Part shown: one piece after another, positions 60,388 to 64,000 of the stretch
Layout of the letters: the number at the start of each line of letters is the position of its first letter
How positions within the stretch are numbered: the stretch's first letter is position 1
Assembly (NCBI GenBank): GCA_023261815.1
Contig: JALNKA010000001.1
Span: forward strand, 128,001 to 192,000
Reading direction: 5' to 3'
Length of the DNA: 64,000 nucleotides
Source: Candidatus Wolframiiraptor sinensis
GTDB lineage: Archaea > Thermoproteota > Nitrososphaeria_A > Caldarchaeales > Wolframiiraptoraceae
The notes under the pieces: model-generated
What the model was told of the DNA's origin: nothing
The model's input: only the letters and a program-made list of their open reading frames with translations
Database searches by the model: none
Position numbers and translations under genes: made by a program

Positions 60388-61335
60388 GTGGTGAGGCATC
60401 CCAGGCCCAGAGTGGTCGTGAGCGAGTGTCTTGGCTTCAGGCCCACCAGATACGATGGTAACATTATCTACGATGAGATCGTTGAAGTCCTGAAAAAATT
60501 CGCTGATTTGATCCCAGTGTGCCCTGAGGTCGGAATAGGGTTGGGAATTCCCAGGAACCCCCTAGTGCTTACGAGAAACGGGGATGATGTCTGCCTAGTG
60601 GATACTAAGACTGGGGAGGATTTTTCACGCCGCATGAATGAGTTCGCCCATTCATTCATAGCCGACCTTAAGGATGTTGATGGCTTTCTCATGAAATCCA
60701 AGAGCCCATCTTGTGGGGTCGGCGACGCGAAGGTCTATGGAAAGGGTTGGGCTGTTGTCGGCAGGTCAGACGGCATTTTCACAAAGCTCATGCGAGAGAC
60801 CTTCCCACTCTTGCCGATTGAAAGCGAGAAGCGTCTGCTGAAATACGAGATAAGGAGGAACTTCTTCACAAAGATCTTCTCGATAGCCGACCTCAGAGAG
60901 ACCCTTTCGGGGGCCAGGATGGGGGAACTCGTAGAATTCCATCGGAGGAACAAGTACGTATTAATGCTGTATAACCCGCATCTTTTCAAGAAGCTTGGCA
61001 GGCTGATGGCTGAGAGGGATCAGAAGGAGCCGCAGGAGTTGAAGAGAGAGTACGGTAGAGCTTTCCTAGAGGCCCTTTCCAGAAATCCGGGAAGAGGCTC
61101 ATACGCAAACGTCTTCATGCATCTCTATAGCCACGTCAAGGAGAATTTGGTTGAAAAGGAGAGGAAGTACATATTAGCCCTCATAGAAGGGTATAGGATG
61201 CGGAGAGTTCTCCTGAAGACGCTCATAGCGTACTTCAGGGGATTCATATACAGGCTGGGAAATGAGTATCTGGCAGAGCAGAGATTCATAGACCCGTATC
61301 CCGAGGAGCTGGAGCAAATGCGCGAGGACGAGTAA
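60388..61335 (+). CDS. DUF523+DUF1722 (YbgA-like; thiouracil-desulfidase-like) protein
   Basis: SECLG..RYDG, CPEV, KSPSCG; C-terminal FH...KY, PYP. Confidence 0.92.
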   Translation: MVRHPRPRVVVSECLGFRPTRYDGNIIYDEIVEVLKKFADLIPVCPEVGIGLGIPRNPLVLTRNGDDVCLVDTKTGEDFSRRMNEFAHSFIADLKDVDGFLMKSKSPSCGVGDAKVYGKGWAVVGRSDGIFTKLMRETFPLLPIESEKRLLKYEIRRNFFTKIFSIADLRETLSGARMGELVEFHRRNKYVLMLYNPHLFKKLGRLMAERDQKEPQELKREYGRAFLEALSRNPGRGSYANVFMHLYSHVKENLVEKERKYILALIEGYRMRRVLLKTLIAYFRGFIYRLGNEYLAEQRFIDPYPEELEQMREDE

Positions 61336-61390
61336 ATGCATTTTGAAAACCCCGGCGCCCCGGAGCCTTAACTCCAGCCTTTTCCAAAAC

Positions 61391-62167
61391 TCATCTTTGG
61401 CAATTCTCGCAGACGAAAGTTTTCCTGTTTATGGGCTTCTGCCTGTAGAATTTAATGGGGTATCCGCAGATCATGCAGAAACCGCTGAACCTATTATATA
61501 CGTATAGCATGTCCTTTATACTCCTTCCCCGAATCTTAAGCTCTAGAAATTGCCTGCTCAACTCCCTCGTAAAGTGAATTATCTTGCGCACCTCTTCTCG
61601 AGATAGATCTCCCACCCTCCTTTCGGGATCAACGCCCGCTCTGAAAAGGATCTCATTTCTCAGAATATTTCCTATCCCTGCTACAACCGATTGATTGAGC
61701 AACACGATTCCAATCTTCTCATCCTGAAATCTAATAATGTTCTCGTATGCACGCTCTTCATCCCATTCATCACTCAGCGGATCAGGGCCCAAGTCGAGCT
61801 TCAACCGCTCCAGAATGTGGTCTCGTGGACCGACCTCCACTATCGGTGCATTATAGACGGCAATCTTCCTGTTATTCCCGATGAGCATCAATCTAATCCT
61901 GTTCATGGGCTTGAGAAGCGACTCGCCCGCCTCGTATACGTGTATCGTGCCATACATCATTAAATGAACTCTAATGACCACATCGCAGTCGAAGAAGAAT
62001 AAGATGTTCTTGCCAAGCGAATCCGATTTAACGAACCTCCTTCCAACGATCTCTTCAACGGGGACTAAAACCTTCCTAGATCTCACAAAAACCTCCCTGA
62101 TGCTTTCGCCGGAGAACTTGTTGCTAATCTCAATGGCATATGCTTTAGCCGTTGGCCCCTCAACCAC
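61391..62167 (-). CDS. Fpg/Nei family DNA glycosylase with N-terminal Val
   Basis: GTG-VEGP start, GKN, HLMMYG, LGPD, GIGNILRNE, C-terminal CxxC...CxxC. Confidence 0.9.
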   Translation of the reverse strand: MVEGPTAKAYAIEISNKFSGESIREVFVRSRKVLVPVEEIVGRRFVKSDSLGKNILFFFDCDVVIRVHLMMYGTIHVYEAGESLLKPMNRIRLMLIGNNRKIAVYNAPIVEVGPRDHILERLKLDLGPDPLSDEWDEERAYENIIRFQDEKIGIVLLNQSVVAGIGNILRNEILFRAGVDPERRVGDLSREEVRKIIHFTRELSRQFLELKIRGRSIKDMLYVYNRFSGFCMICGYPIKFYRQKPINRKTFVCENCQR

Positions 62168-62349
62168 GCTGGAAATCGGGATCACCCTAAACTTAAATCT
62201 AAAAACACAGAGCCGAAAAGAAACGTGGAGACGGTAGAAGTGGAGCTCGCATGTAATAATTCAATGCTGAATCAAGGCTTTATTTCTCGATGTGGTCCTT
62301 TAGAAGAATCCGAATATTTAAATAAGGCTAACCATAAAATGTCGCTCGC

Positions 62350-63135
62350 ATGATATCAATCAACTCAAGTTTCTTGAGATTTCTGAACATTTTAACTTAT
62401 GCTCTCATGATCATTGTAAACAGACTTGCTGGCGGAACCACGATTATTGGCGGTAAAACTACTGCCCAGATTTCTGATACAAACCCGACGCTGATAACTC
62501 CGGCTGGATGCACCTTCTCCATATGGGGTGTCATATACATTTTACTCGGAGTGTTCGTTCTTTATCAAGCATTGCCAACTCAGCAGTCAAGAGAATACGT
62601 GGACAGGATCGGCTACCTATTCTCAATCAGCAACTCGCTGAATGTCCTCTGGATCTTTCTATGGCAGTTCGAGCACCTCGCTCTCTCTGTCATAGTCATC
62701 TTCTTGCTGCTCGCCACTCTGATCATGATTTACCTCCGACTAGAAATTGGAAAGTCTCGCGCGCCGTTGCGCGAAAGAATCGCCTTTCATGTTCCTTTCA
62801 GCGTCTATTTGGGGTGGATAACCATAGCCTCCATAGCAAATGTGGCCATAGCTTTGGTTTCAGCCGGCTGGAGCGGCTTCGGAATAGGCCCGGAAATCTG
62901 AGCAGTGACGGCGTTGGTGGCCGCCTTGCTGATCGCACTGAGGGTTGTGATGGCGAGGAGGGATCTCGCATATGGATTCGTGGTGATGTGGGCCTTAATA
63001 GGGATAGCCGTTAATCATGGCGCAAATCAAGCCATCGTAGCCGTAACGATGATAAGCGTCACCATACTCGCCATAATCTCAGCCATCGTAACTCTCTTAA
63101 AAGTAAGACACATCAATAAAGTCGCCTCATTCTGA
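62350..63135 (+). pseudogene. TspO/MBR-related tryptophan-rich membrane protein with an in-frame TGA at 62899-62901
   Basis: TPAG.TFSIWGVIY, PFSVYLGWITIASIAN; the same frame continues with D..YG.V..WAL.GI. Confidence 0.8.
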
Positions 63136-63169
63136 AGAAACTGCCCACTTTAAAATATCTTGAGCAGTC

Positions 63170-63480
63170 TGCACGGTAAGGAAGTTCTTCGGGGGCTCGC
63201 GGCTAAAGATGGATGCTAAGGATGGTAAGTTTGTGATCGAGGTTATTAGAGATCCATTCTTGCCGGCTTTAGAAGAGGCCCAAGTTCGGCTCAACAGCAT
63301 TCAAGCAATTCTAGGAAGAATCCGAGAAGATGCAAGAGGAGATGTTTCATGAAGAAGATATTCGCTGAACTCAACATATCTCCTCCCAATATTGGGCATT
63401 TCAGTCAATGGTGTCGATAAGATTTTACAAGTGTTAGGGGGTCTTTATAGATCAAATGTCATCGAAATATACTACTTGAG
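63170..63480 (+). pseudogene. Decayed AbrB-antitoxin/VapC pair
   Basis: GSRLKMDAKDGKFVIEVIRDPF...EESEKMQEEM, then ATG 63349 with frameshifted NSTYLLPILGISV. Confidence 0.55.
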
Positions 63481-64000
63481 ATAATGGGTAAGCTGAGTAA
63501 AATGAAGCATGATCTGGGCATTGTGGAGGATGGGCATTGGCGAGGAACCAGAGATAAAAGCGCTGGTCAAGTTCTTGGAAAGAGTCGGCGAGAGGGCGAG
63601 TGCAGCAATTTTAAAGGATGAGTTTTCTGAAAACTCAGAATGGACGAAGATCTTGACTGCCAATGAATGCAGAATGCCAATTAACTGCTTCCAGCTCTAG
63701 CAACCAGATCCTGCAATCTCATACTTTCGTCAATTACCTTTAATTCTTTCTGAGGAATCGAGGTGATTTTCGAACTTTCCCTGATGGACAAAAACTCGCG
63801 TATGGGTCTTGAGTTTGCTGAAGGCAATCTAGCAGCTAGTCTGTTTCTTCTTCGAAATCTCCATTTTCATTACCACACGGACCTGCAATATTGCCGTCAT
63901 CCACCATTATCTCTCTTCAGACCATTACTCTAAGTACCATTAATTGGTTATCTACGTAGCCTAGAATTGAGAATTAGGATGCGAAAGTATTGTTATTCCT

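Noticed and set aside
62899-62901. Selenocysteine or stop-codon recoding
   Set aside because: The site corresponds to a likely Trp in a membrane protein, and TGA is used as a normal stop throughout the window.
63472-64000. Short ORFs at the window end
   Set aside because: Multiple stops in the frames read and no recognisable product.
1-64000. CRISPR array, tRNA/rRNA, integrase or transposase
   Set aside because: No regularly spaced repeats, cloverleafs or recombinase motifs were recognised by eye; tRNAscan/Infernal would be needed to exclude small RNAs.

Overview
Archaeal DNA, judged from TATA/BRE promoters, leaderless genes, HEPN-MNT pairs and archaeal-type HisG/Thi4/DpsL. Gene content suggests an anaerobic, probably thermophilic Thermoproteota lineage (Caldarchaeales- or Bathyarchaeia-like; inference only). 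1-19 kb is a hydrogen-metabolism supercluster. It holds the end of a group 3 [NiFe] large subunit, a small subunit fused to a shortened, degenerate [FeFe]-hydrogenase domain, two maturation proteases and hypCDE. It also holds a 12-gene complex-I-like group 4 [NiFe] hydrogenase, NikR, FmdE and a metal ABC importer. 19-36 kb holds housekeeping and stress genes, tungstate TupABC with a ModE-like regulator, three DUF72 paralogues (two with unusual fusions), a HhH glycosylase and a radical SAM protein. 36.1-38.5 kb is an AT-rich islet with a tandem-HTH regulator, an unannotated 46-aa hydrophobic peptide gene and shared operator-like repeats (candidate peptide-signalling module); it ends at a chimeric junction into dppD. 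39-47 kb holds dppF, a coiled-coil surface metalloprotease, thi4 and an incomplete his operon with a structured 5' leader. 47-64 kb is an AT-richer accessory region with TA modules, an ECF transporter, several broken genes and a light/UV repair cluster (photolyase, UvsE, YbgA, Val-type Nei, TspO-like). No rRNA, tRNA, CRISPR array or transposase was recognised. All calls come from motif recognition by eye, without database searches.
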